Positions 1 to 13,017 are shown, counted from the stretch's first letter. The stretch is 64,000 nt of DNA from Chlorokybus atmophyticus (GCA_009103225.1 RHPI01002955.1:216486-280485), one strand, 5' to 3'. Numbers and translations are program-made. The notes: a model not told the origin generated them from the sequence alone.

Positions 1-22
1 CCACGCACAATAAGCGACTTAC

Positions 23-846
23 TGCTGCAGCGCATGCGGCATCGCGTGGGGCAAGCAGTTCAAACACGATCCGCTTGCATTCATGTGGGAGTGAGTCCCA
101 CGGCACAAATGACGACGAAGATGAAGTCGATGCTTCCCCTGCTTGCATGTAAACCTAACATTAGACTATCACACATGCTGCAACAAGCAGGAAGACTCAA
201 GTTACCTCCATCATCATGCAGCCGGGTTTGCTCCATCGACATAGTGAGCAAACTGTTTGCAGCTGCTTCAATGCTCAGCCCGCATGCTTTGTACGCCTGC
301 TAGCCATACTATTAGCTGTGCAGCAAACATATAGAGGTTGCCTCACAGCTTGCAAACAAGAAAGAAACGGAGGCAATGTTGAGCTGAATGGTTTGTCAAG
401 CAGAAGCAAAACAGCCAAAAAACACATGACAGAGTCAATGACAAGCACAGGAACACCTTCGTCCGCCTTACAAGGTCAGAATCACACAACAAGCGCGAGA
501 CACAAACTTGCTGGCTGGCTGTCTTGTCTGCTTGCATAGTGACCTGTTGAATAAGGTCCTTCTCCATGAGGGGGAACAGCTCCTTGAGTGCATCCACGTC
601 ATTCTCCTCCCCGCTGCCATGGTCGCCTGCTTTTTTCCGAAACTGAAGCTCCTTTTTGAGCCGGAAGCTCTGCGTCCGTCCTCCTCCTCGCCGTCGCCTC
701 CCACCACCACCTCCTCCTCTTCCCTGCCTTGTCCATACGTCATCCTCCCCATCCTCATCCCAGTCCCCAGCCCCACCGCCGCCGCCCCCGCCTCCCACCA
801 TCACGCCCACAAGCACAAGCACAAGCGCATGCACACGGTGAAGCAT
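23..846 (-). CDS. Spliced gene, 5' part only (runs off the window): CUE-like domain followed by an F-box-like motif
   Basis: GT-AG exons 846?-544, 296-206 and 138-23 join in frame. They give VDALKELFPLMEKDLIQQ|AYKACGLSIEAAANSLLTM (CUE pattern FP...LL) and WDSLPHECKRIVFELLAPRDAACAA (F-box pattern LP.E....IF..L). Start codon uncertain. Confidence 0.6.
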
Positions 847-1371
847 GTGCTTGGCAGCATGGCGGGCGGCGGTGACCGGGGTGGTGAGGGTGCGGGTGGA
901 GGTGGAGAGGATGAGGGCTGGCGCTGTGGGTTGAAGCTGGCTGAGGGGCAGCCTGTCAGCTGGCGAAAGACGCAACCAGTAATGGTAATGCGCAGTGTGT
1001 CCGCAGGCTAGATAGTGGCTTGTGCTTGAGGCCTGAACTTGCGTGTCTGAGGTTGCTTGCTTGCTTACCTTTGACTACCTGGTTATTTGCTGGTCTACTT
1101 GCTCGTTTCTTCGCTTGCGCGCTTGCGTGTTTGCTTACCAGGCAGCGAGCTGCTCGCTGACTAGGCAGCTTGCTGCTTACTGTGAGCAAGCGAGCAAGCG
1201 GTTCAGCAAGCTGCTAACAACTTGATTTGCTGGACCGCTGCACAGCTGTTTCCTTATCAAACTGCTCGCATGCTTGTTTAGATAACAATGTTCTCTCAAG
1301 TTGTATCTCAGACAAGTCGACCTCAGCTGAGCTAAGCCGAGCTCAGAGCTCATGTAGGTGCATGTAAGCAG

Positions 1372-3034
1372 GCCGAGGCGGCAAGTTGGGACGTGTACTG
1401 CGGCAATCCTGTGCAGTCCACTGCGGAGTATGCCACATACTTTGGTGAGTAACCTTTCTCTGCAATGCATGTTTTCGATGTTGCAATGAACACCAACCAC
1501 CTACTTGCTTCTGCAGTCAGCACAACCTTCACTCAACAGCCCGACCAATTACTCGTGGTGGAGGCTGCAAGCCAGGTTTGACAGTATAACTGTTGCAAAA
1601 CATTGTGTGTGCATGCGTGAGCGCAACCTTTTGAGCTCACTCTAGGTTGCTTTGTGCAACTTCAAGCAGGCCGGTGCGAGCACAGACATCGACGTCATGG
1701 TATCGACAGACACAGCTACAGCTTGTTCAATGGAATCCAGCGTGGAGCATAGGTTGAACACAGCCGCAAAGGCTATTGCAAGGTCGGTTTCATGTACATG
1801 TAACCAAACGCCTTGTTGATTGCGCTTGCCTTCTGACCTCAGCGAGGTGGATTATGGCAGGTTGGAGGCGAATTCAGATGGAGAAGCTTTGGTCAGTTTG
1901 ACATTGCAACAGCAAGTTAACAACTTATATCAATCCAATGTAAGAAGCAGGTGAGACTGCGGCAACTCGCACTCGATGCTTTGCTTGTGCACGAATGAAA
2001 CCCATGCTTGCTTGCTACCAGCTCGACTCATGTGCATTGATTGTAGTTTTCAGAGACGTTTGAGCGTGATCTGGTCAGCGGCGACTGCTGCTTGCGGCTG
2101 ATGGCTGGCTTTGACAATGGCCATGAACATGATCACATTGACAAGAAATGGTCAAGGCTAAGCGCCAACGCGCGTGTAACCACTGACTTGAGGTATGTAC
2201 TTGTTGCGGGTTGTCTCGTAACTCATGTTTGCATGCGCATGTGTGTGCGTTGCACGTTTTTGTACAACTGCCTGCATTCATGTCAAGTCATCTTGCTTGC
2301 AGGAGACGACACTCATTGCAGCTGCAAAGCGAAACAGCATCCGGCCTTCAAAGCAGGTGCCCTTCGTGTTGTCTGCACCTGTGTTGCTTGCTTCAGGCTG
2401 ACTCGCAAATCAGTCATGGTCTCATGCATTCTCAACTCCTGTCAGTTTGAGTTTGTCGAGTTATGGTGCTCCTGAAGTAGAATGCAGTATGAAGAGCTCC
2501 TTGCTGCCAGCTGTCATTGGAAGGGTGACATTGAACGCTGCAGCCTTGTCGCATTGGAACACAAGGTTAGGCGTGCCTGCATGTGTGTGCAGTGCGCGCG
2601 TGTATGCAGGTCATGACATGACACGTATATGCAGGGTGCTGTTGAGACCGCTGTTGGGCGCTCAGATGGGGCTTGATTACAACAGCTTCAAGCAAAGGTG
2701 ATGATATGTTTGTAAGCACTGTGTTGCATATTATAGCATACAGATCTGTAAATGCTTGACATTCTAATCAACAGGGTTGCTTGGGATATCAACTGCGAAT
2801 GGCGCTGTTGGTCAGCGTGTTTACGGTAAGCTACTGAGATATGCCAAACGGCTGTGCTGCACTGTGTATTATGTACTTCAATACGGTGTACACTATTGAT
2901 TTGGCAGGTGCAATGCCGACAAGGAGCTGAGCGCCTCTGTTGAGTTCAACGGAGACAGCAGAGGTGTTGCCGGCTTTGCGCGGGTTGGCACTGAAGACAG
3001 CTGCAGCCAGCTAGCCTTTGAATGCAATCTGTAA
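1372..3034 (+). CDS. Multi-exon gene of unknown function, about 300 aa recovered, beta-strand-rich; start not resolved
   Basis: About ten short GT-AG exons keep a consistent phase from AEAASWDVYC... to ...GFARVGTEDSCSQLAFECNL* (TAA 3032-3034). No motif recognised. Confidence 0.6.
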
Positions 3035-3375
3035 CTGCAAGCCACTCTGGAGTCGTGACAATCAATCTTGGCGTATATTGGTACGAAGCTCATCAATTGC
3101 GAGTGTCAGTATGCGTGTACACGTGCGATAGGGGATGTGTGTACTTGAGCACATGCTCAAAAAGCTGTGCGTGTGCAAGACTCATTGCAGGCCATGTGCC
3201 TCTGAGTTTTTTGTTTATAGTAGTACAGATTGCCTTTCTGCTGCTTTCCTAGAACACATCTCGTCTGCTTCTTCTAGCCACTAGCATGCAACGGCGCACA
3301 TGTGTGCGCAATCAATCATAATCACCTACGAATGTACATCTAAGCCCTACACTGCCCCCATCACTGCTACTCCTC

Positions 3376-5824
3376 TCACATGAGAGAGCTGAGCTGCCCA
3401 ACAGCATTGACAGCATCCGTAACAGCGCCAATATCCACCACGGCATCGGCTACAACGGCCCCGCCAGCTTGAAAGCCTGCCGCAAACGGCCCCGCATTGA
3501 AATCCAGCAGCGCTTGCGTCAACGCCACCATCAGCGAGCTCGAGCCCAAACACCACAGCATGGGCGTCCCAAAGCAGGTACTTGCTTGTGTGGGTTTGCT
3601 GCTTGTTGTCTCTCTGTCCTTGCCTTGATGAAACAACTTCCATGCCATGATAGGTGGGAGCAACCCGTACATTGTTGTCATCCCATACGCGCCAGCGAAT
3701 TCGGAAGCCTTGAAAAAGATGTCGGGGTTGAAAGCGGCCACTATCAATGGCGGGATCAGCGTCAAAGCGAAAGACTGAGCTCGTACGGTGTCTTCCTTTG
3801 ACCCACTTGATGTTAAAAGCAACTTGTCTTCCTGCCTTTTCTGTGGCTGCAAAGCTGCCATGAAGAACTCTGACACGCTCAGCAGCGAGCCCACAAAGGA
3901 GGATGACAATGTCAGAAGGGAGAAGACCGCCAATGCCAGCGCCGGAGCCGCACCACCTGGCCAAAGACAGTGAGTGTGCGCACGCATGTGCAATGCACCT
4001 GCACATGCGTGAGTGTGCGCATACGTGTGTGTTCATCACGCGACATGCAGAGCAGTGTTGTAATTCGGTGTTGATATTAACAACTCACCATACTGCGCGA
4101 TTGCTTCAAGCGGGTCACCATTGACGGTGGGCGCAAGGCCGATGGCCACCGCGTCCCATGCCAGAAACATGCCCAGCGGGATGAGGCTCCCAGCCACCAG
4201 TACTATCCTAACCTGAGAGGTTCATCCAGCATCAGCTCAAGCACTTGCATCCAGTTGGACACAACATGCAGTCGTGCAGTCAAACGCACTTTCTTGATGT
4301 CGCCACCCAAATATGAACACACCACTGGTATCAAGTCATGAAACACGAGTGCCAGGAATGCAACGGGCACCTGTTGGCGGGTACATGCAGTGTAAGTTCA
4401 CACATCTGCTATGCACCAAGTGCTTTGCATGAATAGATACCCAACATCACGAATCTTACTGTGGCTGGTGCTTGGGACCAGTCAGAGATGGCAAGCGCTC
4501 CCCATTCAGCCCTTGTGGCTCCCGCGCACAACAACGCGAAGAACATCGACATCAACGCTCCCGTCATATAACGGTTCATCCCATCCGCGACTTTTGTCCC
4601 ACCAAAGTAACTGCACCACCCACACCAGTGAGTGCGTGTATGCACACGTGCATGCGCATGCATCTACGTGTGTGTGCGCGCACACGTGTGCATGCAATTC
4701 AAGCAGCAACACATAGGTCTCACATGCATCTGTTCTCTTACATGGCGAGGCAGAGGGTGGTTGCAAGTGCGGCCCCGGCACCATCAAACCCATGTGCACT
4801 GGCGATGTCCGCTACACCATGGCTTCCCCCGGTGATGACAGCGCCCATCTTGGCGATGTACGCCACCATGAGGGTGTAGGACAGGAACACATACGTCATC
4901 GTCGTGAATGCGGCGCCTTTAGACCCCAAAGTCCTCTCTGCCATCTAGAGAGGGTACACATTTTAGTTGACATGGCATGTTGGGGTTGAGAGATCACCGT
5001 TTGTGAGCAGTACGAAGATGTTGCCTGTCCGCGCATGTGTGTGCATGTGTATACTGTGCAGTTGCAGTGGGTTGTAAATTTTGTGCACATGTGCTGTGCA
5101 TGTTTGTGCATGGTTTACTTACCGCTGTTAGGGAGATGATCCTTGTGTTCATGTTGCGCAGGCCTCCTTGCTCCTCCATCATCGTCACATTCATCTGAGA
5201 GCGCAGAGAAGCAACACGCATTACCAACGCACGTTGTATGTGTTGGAAACACATACAACATACAGACGAATAGTAGCTGTTGTTGTTTCAACATGTCGTG
5301 TTGTTTACTTGAGCAATGAGGAGGGCCTGTGCAAGTAGGATTCCCTCGACGCCGCAGAGCACGCACGCGGTGGGGATGAACCCCGCGGGTGCAGTCTTGG
5401 CAGGGAGAGCCAGGATCCCCGCGCCCACGGCCGTGCCCACCACCAGAGCGATGGCGCCCAGGACGCTGCCTCCGCCGCCGCCCACACCTCCGCCTCCTCC
5501 TTCTCCATCCCCTCCTTCTCCTGTCTCCTCCTGGTCTCGCCTGGCGTTCTCTGTCAAGGTAGCTCTGGGAGGGAGTATTGGCCTGGTGCTGGTGGTGTGA
5601 TGTGTGTGAGAGGAGGCCGCAAGGCCAGGCCACGCTCCACGCCGCCGCCGCCCAACATAATGCTGGTCTGGAAGGAGTGTGGCCTGGTTGTTGTGCAGAT
5701 GTTTTGCTGGCTGCCGCCTGGCAGATCTCACCTGGCCTGGTAGATCGGCCTGGACCCGGCTTTGATTAGTGCAGCTGGAACTACAGAGCCTGGAGCTCGT
5801 ACATAGACTTAACCCCCCTGTCAT
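3376..5824 (-). CDS. Tyrosine/tryptophan permease (TyrP/Mtr family), probably plastid-targeted
   Basis: GAIALVVGTAVGAGILALPAKTAPAGFIP, FLSYTLMVAYIAK and LIPPLIVAAFNPDIFFKASEFAGAYGMTTMYGLLPPIMAW match the family. The N-terminus is S/T/R-rich. Multiple GT-AG introns. Confidence 0.88.
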
Positions 5825-7619
5825 CCGTGGCCAGATCTAGCCTGGATCACACCCTGTTTATTGCTCTTGGCCTCTTCCTCCTCCTCCTTCTCCGCCTTCT
5901 TTTCCTCCTCCTCCTCCTCCTCCGCCGCCTCCTGGGGACTGGCCTGGTCAAAAGCCTCCTACCCAATGTTCAGGCTCAGGCCGCCTTTGCAAATCTTATT
6001 GTCGCTCACCAGGCCTCAGCCAGGCCAGTAGATCCAAAATTAGGTCAGACAGTCGCTTACCTCTACCAGACCAAACCAGACCAGACCAGGCCACAGTCAG
6101 GCCAGGCCACATTCAGGCCACGGAGAGTCGTATCGGAAGACGAAGTCAAAGGCCACGCAAAAGGCCACACCCAAAACACGCTTCTGCCTCCGAGTGACGT
6201 AACGCCCACCCAAAAGGCGTAGACAGGTTACGACACTGAAGCATAATCGCTATAGGTCGCCCTTTTGATCGCGAGACAGCCAAGCAATGTGGTGAAAGTG
6301 GCTGGTTGATCGGCGAGGTGACCAGTCAAGCTGCCGCCAACCTAGAGCGGGCGCCGGTCTAGTATTGGCCGTTGGATGGTGGAAACCATGGCTTTGAAGC
6401 CCTACGATGAGGGCGTGCGCCTCCAATTGGTAAGGCAATTGCAAGTGGCGCGCGCGCGCGCGCGCGGGGAGAGCCTTTTGTGGTTTTGCCGCCATTTGCA
6501 ATCCATTTGTCCATGTCTACCAGACGAAAGGCTGTCGGGGATTCTGCTTTGCGGACCATAGATGGCCTATTGAGCGAGTCACAGGCTGTGCTAGGCCTGT
6601 AGCCTACCGCGATGTAGCCTACCGGTAGGCCGGTCAAGCAGCTTGACTGAAGAGTTACAGTCTGCCCTACTGCAACAATGTCTTCATTAATCTGCTTAGA
6701 TGATGTTGCAGATTGGTCAACTTCAACTATTTTCTGCAACGTCATAACATGTGGTTTGCAACATGATACTCCCTTATAACAACTGACAGCCGATGCATGA
6801 GCCCATATCTTGCTTGAGTACAGTAAACGCGATCAACTGGAATGGACACTGCTTTTGAATATCATATTTTCATGAATCGTGTGATCAGTACAAGGCATTA
6901 TGGTGATGTGATGTACACTTGAGTTCCTTGAAGCACACCAAGACTCAAAGAGAGTTGTGCAAACACGAGACACTTATCATTGGCAAGCAAAGACTCACAA
7001 TCATTCAAACAGAATACGTGTGCGGTGCATGTGTGCGTACATTCTTGCATCTATTGAAATGCCTACACATGCGCCATTGTACAGTCGTTTGGTCAGAAAT
7101 CTTGTAACCTTGCATTTCTTAAAATAATTCACATAGCGCGCAATAATTGGCATGATTTGGTTCTACATTATGAATGTCAACTCTCCACCACCGTGTTAGC
7201 CCATGTGTTGCTTTAAGCTACAAGAGCACAAACGCATACTCTGCGGAGGTTAAGGAGGGGCAATCTACAAACAACAAGCTATTCTTGCAATGCCAGAGTG
7301 GAGGTTGTTGCGGCGCCTTTACTGGAGTCATATGGTCTCCACATTATCATGCGATAAATGTACAAATAACCCAGCACGACAACATGCCTTGAAATATCAA
7401 AGTTACAGTGGTTTGGTATCACATCATAGCATTGACACTTGCCGCGATATGTAAACAAGTCACTAGTACTACTAATGTTATTGCTATACATTATACATTA
7501 TACAAGTAAAACCGTGTGTTTGTTGAGAATGTTGAATAAAACCCTTGCGTAGCATAATACACAGATGCCGCGCTTGCACACCATGGTCACAACGATGCCA
7601 TTCCGAGTGCTATGCACAT

Positions 7620-9368
7620 TTACTCTACAACGATGCTTTCACAAGTCCTTATTGCATTGCTAGATTCTTTCCTTCTTGACCTAAAAAACTCGCGCATCAG
7701 CGCCCCGCACTCATCCTCCAGCACATGTCCGCGTGTCCGCACTTGCGGCACGAACGGGTGCACTAACCCACCAACCGCCTGTTTACCGTCCTCATCATGC
7801 TGGTCCCTCGGAAAAAGGCTGCCAACAAGAACTTATGACATTTTGTGTACACGTATGCGCGGGTATGAATAGGTGCGTGCATACACGCCTGCCTGTGTGT
7901 GCATGTAAGTATCCGTGCACGCACGAGAGTGTTTCACGCCTTGCAACACAACTACATGACTACTGACCTGACCCATGAGCCATCTGCCCCATGGCGCGTG
8001 TTCACTGCACCCCACACCAGCCTATCCACTCGCGAGTTGAGCACCGCCCCCGCACACATCGCGCACGGCTCCACTGTCACATAAAGCTGCGGACCCAACA
8101 TCGGTTACTGTGTCACTGACAGCATGCAACACACGCGTGTACAAGTTGCATAGCACATGTACATCGCATCGCATGCACACGCACACACGTGTGACTCACG
8201 CACCCTGCGCATGCACACCAATACAACAACACAATCAGCCCATCCCCCACCGTGTGTCCGGCGAGTCTCCAGCTCTTGCTCCTCATCGCCGCCCTGCGCA
8301 GGCACAGCACCTCCGCGTGCGCGGTGGGGTCGCGACGACGTTCCACCTCGTTGCGCCCCGCGGCGACGACCACCGCAGGGATTGAACAGGGCGAAAAGGG
8401 AGAGGACTGCACCAGAACTGCACCGATGGGGACCTCACCGGCTGCGTAGGCCAGACGAGCCTGCACGCGTGCAAGAGTGTGCGTGTGTGCGCGTGCGTGT
8501 GCGCGTGCACGTGCACTTGCGGGCGGACGGGTGGCTGCAGGTGTGTACATATTCGTGCGTGTACGTGGAAGTGTCCATGCACGTGTGTGCGTGCATGCGT
8601 CTGCGCGTGCGTGTCTGTGCACGTGCGCCTGTGTGTGCGTGCGCACGCGCGCATGTGTCGACGTTGGTGTGTGCGCACGCGCTTGTGCGTGCACATATGT
8701 GGCACGCACTTGCATACCTGTGCACATGCACATGCCTGTGTGTGCATGTGTATCAACCTGAGTAAGTTGTGAACATGGCAAGGCAGAATGGTCATGCGGA
8801 TCTGTTGACGCAAAGCCAGTTGTGAGGGCAACACCAATGACAAACAGAACAACCAAAACTCTCACCTTGGCAATAGTAAAAGAACAAGCATACTGATTGG
8901 ACACGAAAGACCACAGTCCTGCTTAGCTCGCAACATAAAACCAAAATGATCGTGTCATGAAAGGTCCAATGATAAATCAATAAGCACAAACCAACATACC
9001 AAACGCACTCGACTAGATGGTACGCACAATCTATACTGTGTTTAACAACGTAGCAAGGTACACACACACGCTGGCATTATGCCTGCATGCATGCATGCAT
9101 GCATGCACGCGCATAACGTCCCCCTTCTACAGAGTGTGTACCATACCTGATCAAGGGCCAACCGCATGCAGGCCTGATCCACCGCCTCCTGCGCCGTGTC
9201 CTGCCGCTCCTCCTCCTGCCCCTCCCTGTGCTGCTCCCCCGCAGCCCTGAGGGCCTTAGCCGACAGCGGCGGAGGCGGAGGCGAGCGCCTTACACCGAGA
9301 GCTCTGTAGTCCCTTTTGGACACCCCGCAGCGCCACGTCAACGAACCCAGCACCGCCGCCGCTCCCAT
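7620..9368 (-). CDS. tadA: tRNA adenosine(34) deaminase, TadA type, about 250 aa
   Basis: Exons 9368-9147, 8460-8251, 8086-7968 and 7818-7620 give [45 protein letters not shown] and [14 protein letters not shown], with an intact HAE...PCxxC zinc motif. Confidence 0.92.
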
Positions 9369-9472
9369 GAGAGTCAACCTGAGCCATGACTAAACCCAAG
9401 CCTAAACCTCAATCTCAACCTACGCCCAAACATCAACCCTGAACTAAGCCCTACTGTTACACCTTCACCGCT
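9369..9472. promoter_or_regulatory. Very short divergent intergenic region with telo-box-like motifs
   Basis: 104 bp lie between the opposing ATGs and carry repeated AAACCC/AACCCT/GCCCTA variants resembling the telo-box AAACCCTA. Confidence 0.4.
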
Positions 9473-10638
9473 ATGGCGGCGGCGGCGGCGGCGAGGAGGG
9501 GGCTGGTGGCGTCGTCGCTGCGGCTGCCGACTTTATTGGGGTGCAGGGTAGGAGGAGGAGGAGGAGGATGGAAGAGGGCGCTGGCATGCGCTCCGGGAGC
9601 GGGCTTCAGGGAGGCGGTGGTGGTTGGCCCTTTGGCTGGGGCACTGGCGGCGGAGGCGGCGGCAACCAGTGAGGCGGGGACGGACGTTGCTGCTCACACT
9701 AGGGCAGAGGCGCTCTTTAGGGACCTCATCCATGGCATGGAGAGCAAAGGCGCCGGCGGCCTCTCCATTATTAAGGTCCCGGGCATGTAATCAAAGCACT
9801 TTGCATTAAGGGTTAGGGTTATATTGCAACTGGCTGCGTTTGACTCTTTTCTAGTTACGCCATTATTTCAGAATCCATCATCGACATAAGTACACACGCT
9901 GCATGCATGTAGATATCATTGTGAGTGTGGAGCGTTGCAACACACTTCTGGATTTTTGCATGCGTGTGCATGCAGGATCTATACACAGAGGACGTGAGGT
10001 TCAGGGACCCTGTTGTGCAGACTGAAGGCAGGGAGAAGCTTGAGGCCATGCTCAGGTTAGTGAAATAGATCAATCTCATTCATCAAGTATAAGTTGACAC
10101 ATTCTGTCCCCTGCAGCACATGCTTCTGGTTTCTGCAACAAGTTTGTAATATGCGCGTCATATGGCAGGAAGCTGCTGTCGCGCGCAAGGCTGCAACGCG
10201 GTTACATCCTTGAAGTGATTGCAGGTGGGAAGACTGACACACGTATTTACGCACCCAAGTATTATTATTCTCACACGTCCATATACACCCATGTGTACGC
10301 TCGCACGTACACATGGGTGTATGTGTATGAGTGTTTAATGTATGCACGCGTGTCAATTCAGCACATACGTGTGTCTTTGGAATTGATCATGCTTATTGCG
10401 ACTGATGAGAGTGTTTTGTGTAGAGGAGAAGCAGATGTTTGCAACGTGGAAGTTTGTGTTCACGCCTTCGTTGGTGGGTCCCGCTTTCCATGTGGACGGT
10501 GTGACGCACGCGAAGCTGGACGCGTCGGGCCGCATCTTCTGGCAGCGCGATTACTGGGACATGCTTGAATCCACGCTCGACATCGTGCCGCCCGCGCGCA
10601 AGATGTACTCGGGACTCATATCACACATTCTCAGATAG
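9473..10638 (+). CDS. SnoaL-like / NTF2-fold protein with a transit-peptide-like N-terminus
   Basis: Exons 9473-9775, 9976-10055, 10169-10224 and 10424-10638 join to give DLYTEDVRFRDPVVQTEGREKLEAMLRKLL...FATWKFVF...DGVTHAKLDASGRIFWQRDYWD, a typical SnoaL_2 pattern. Confidence 0.8.
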
Positions 10639-11518
10639 TGTTCGCTTTCTAGAGTGTATCACACTATGTTTCGCGTTACTTGTGTACAGACAAGTGAGTT
10701 GTAAGGTTTGTATATACTCTTGTTGGGTTGTGAGCTACAACATGCTGTGACTTACCATAATGCATCATTGCTGCAACAGCAAAGCAAGGGGTTTGTTGTG
10801 CATTAGGTCTACATCAATCTAGCATGCCACACCATTCTCTGCGACAGCAGTGCCAACGTCACAATGGCCTGAGTTGGATGGTTGATGGACAGTTCAGAGG
10901 ATGGACTAAAAAACATACGTACAGCAAAAGGAAGATGGCAGCAAGCGTAACACGCATACCCACAACTGTGATGAGGTGCGCGCACACGCGCAAATAAAGA
11001 AAAAGGACATTTACAACCATTGATTAATTGGCGGGCTAATGGGCTGCACAGCTGGCAGCAGCAGCAGGAGTTTCAGTCAGAATAAGGGGACTGACAAACT
11101 ACCTGACTAGCTCTGTGCTGAACAGTAGTATAATTAAATGCAACACGCATGACCAAGTGTCATCGACGCGTGCACAACTCTACATGGAGGCAGCCAGAAG
11201 TGGCAAGAACCGGCAGCGGAGGTGGCGCCGGCTTATTGTAGTAAGACAACAGAGTAAGGATCAACTTGATGAAGTTGAAGGTTGTACAACTGACGAGGTT
11301 GCGGCACTGCTTGAGCATGTTGCACGCGCAGTGCTTAGCCGTGGCAGGTGATGATGACCAGCGTGTGTGGCTGGGTCTTGCGTCGTTTTCAACGCGGATA
11401 AAACAAAGTCTTCAACAACGGGTTGAAACTTGCTTTGATGTGGTGCAACACTGTGGTCTGCACAACTGCGGGTGGAGAGAGGTGACAAGAGAGGGTGCAG
11501 TGGAAGCGGTTGTGCATC

Positions 11519-12637
11519 CTACGCGCCGGCTGCGCAAATGCTGTTGTGGCGAAGCGCGTGTAGAGGCGAGTTGGGTACGGAAGACTGCGCCGATGAGGGC
11601 GCTGCTGGTGCCGATGAGGGAATATCGAAGTCCCCACGTAGCCGGCAGCTTCTCATCAGCTTGTGCAAAAGGCGAGACACCTATTATGAGACGCGTGTAA
11701 GTGTGGGTGTCTGCGTGCATATGTATGACCAATGCAATTTTAAAGGCAAGTAAAAGCAGGGCGAGTAAGGCAGGTGCAGGAAGCAAAGTGTGTGTGACTG
11801 TACCTGCATTGAGGGGCGGCGGTGAAGAGGGGGCGGCACCACACGATTGCGGTTGAGAGGGGGTGCAGGGCTGCCGCAAGCGGAGCCTGAGGCAGACTTC
11901 TCAGCACGGGCGCGGACGCGCTTCTCGGCTTCGAGAATGTCGGCATCCACGCGGTTGAGCAGCACACCCACGCACGAGCTGCTACAGACGCTTCCACCCG
12001 TGCCTGGCGACGACGAGCCGGAGCCGCCATTTCCAAGGCCGCTGCAGCTGAGAGTGCAGCCGTTCTCCAAAGCCGCCCGCCATGTTGGCGAGTAGAGCTT
12101 TGCTGTGGCGTCCTTGCTGTCGAGAGCGTAGCGCGAGGATGAGCTGGGAGCATAGTGGCTGCCGCTGTTAACGCTCCCGCCGCTCACGCGCGCTTCCCGT
12201 TCTCTGTCTCTTCCTCTCTCGCTGCTGCATGTGACCGAACCACGCGCATCGAGCGAGCGCGAGCGCACGGGCCTCAAGTGCGTCTCAAGCAGCTTCTGAA
12301 GCAGTATTTGCTGCTGGAGATCCGGCTTGCCGGGCAGCCTTGCGAAGGCTTTGCAGGGGGGTGATGCCATGGCTGATGAGGCATTGTTGCAGGTGCTCTC
12401 GTTGTTCATCAGCATCTGCTCCTCAGACTGCTTGCGCACGTCTTCGATCTCGCAAGTCTCCTCAGCTGTGCTATGCCACTCCTGAAGACGCCTGTGCCTA
12501 AGACTGTCCTGCTGCTGGTTGCGCTCACGGGACCGCCCTCGCCTCTGCTCCTGCTGCTGCTGCTGCTGCAGCAGCTGCTGGCCGTGGCGCATGTGGCTCA
12601 TCCTTGATGATGAGGGTGACACCGGTGGCAACACCAT
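11519..12637 (-). CDS. Hypothetical low-complexity (Q/S/R-rich) protein
   Basis: A long open exon (12646-11804) with acceptor and donor, spliced to an exon 11680-11519. Upstream exons are probably UTR. No recognisable domain. Confidence 0.45.
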
Positions 12638-12979
12638 CGCCGTCTCCTGGCAAGTTGTCAAAAACAACGTCAGAAGACGCATTGAGACAATGCGGACATG
12701 ACTGTGTGTGATCTGTTGTGAAAAGCAGCAAGCATGATACACTAGGGTTGAGTGTTGTGGATTTTGGACCAGGCTTGGACAGTGCGAGTGAAATTGTGAC
12801 GTGGCCTAAGATTTGCAACACAGGGGCTTTGATCGCAAGAGCAGTACTTCCAGCTACTGATATTCTAAAAGCGCCAATGCTACGATGTAAGTTACTGTTG
12901 CGTGCAAGCACCATCAGCTCAACTAGATCTAGGACGCGGGAAAAAAACAGGGACAGGGAGCGCGCGCGGGGGGGGGGGG

Positions 12980-13017
12980 NNNNNNNNNNNNNNNNNNNNN
13001 NNNNNNNNNNNNNNNNN
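12980..13017. other. Assembly gap flanked by poly-G
   Basis: 38 N with G runs on both sides. Confidence 0.98.

Noticed and set aside
6250-6750. Palindrome-rich stretch with 60-128 aa ORFs as a transposase fragment
   Set aside because: No catalytic motif, TIR or second copy in the window.
8110-8904. Many overlapping H/T/R/A/C/V-rich ORFs in the ORF track
   Set aside because: They are translations of CA/GT-rich intron sequence; the same holds at about 4.4-4.8, 21.0-21.3, 26.4-26.7 and 29.5-30.0 kb.
9809-9821. GGGTTAGGGTTA as a telomeric remnant
   Set aside because: Only two units, inside an intron; better treated as a telo-box-like motif.
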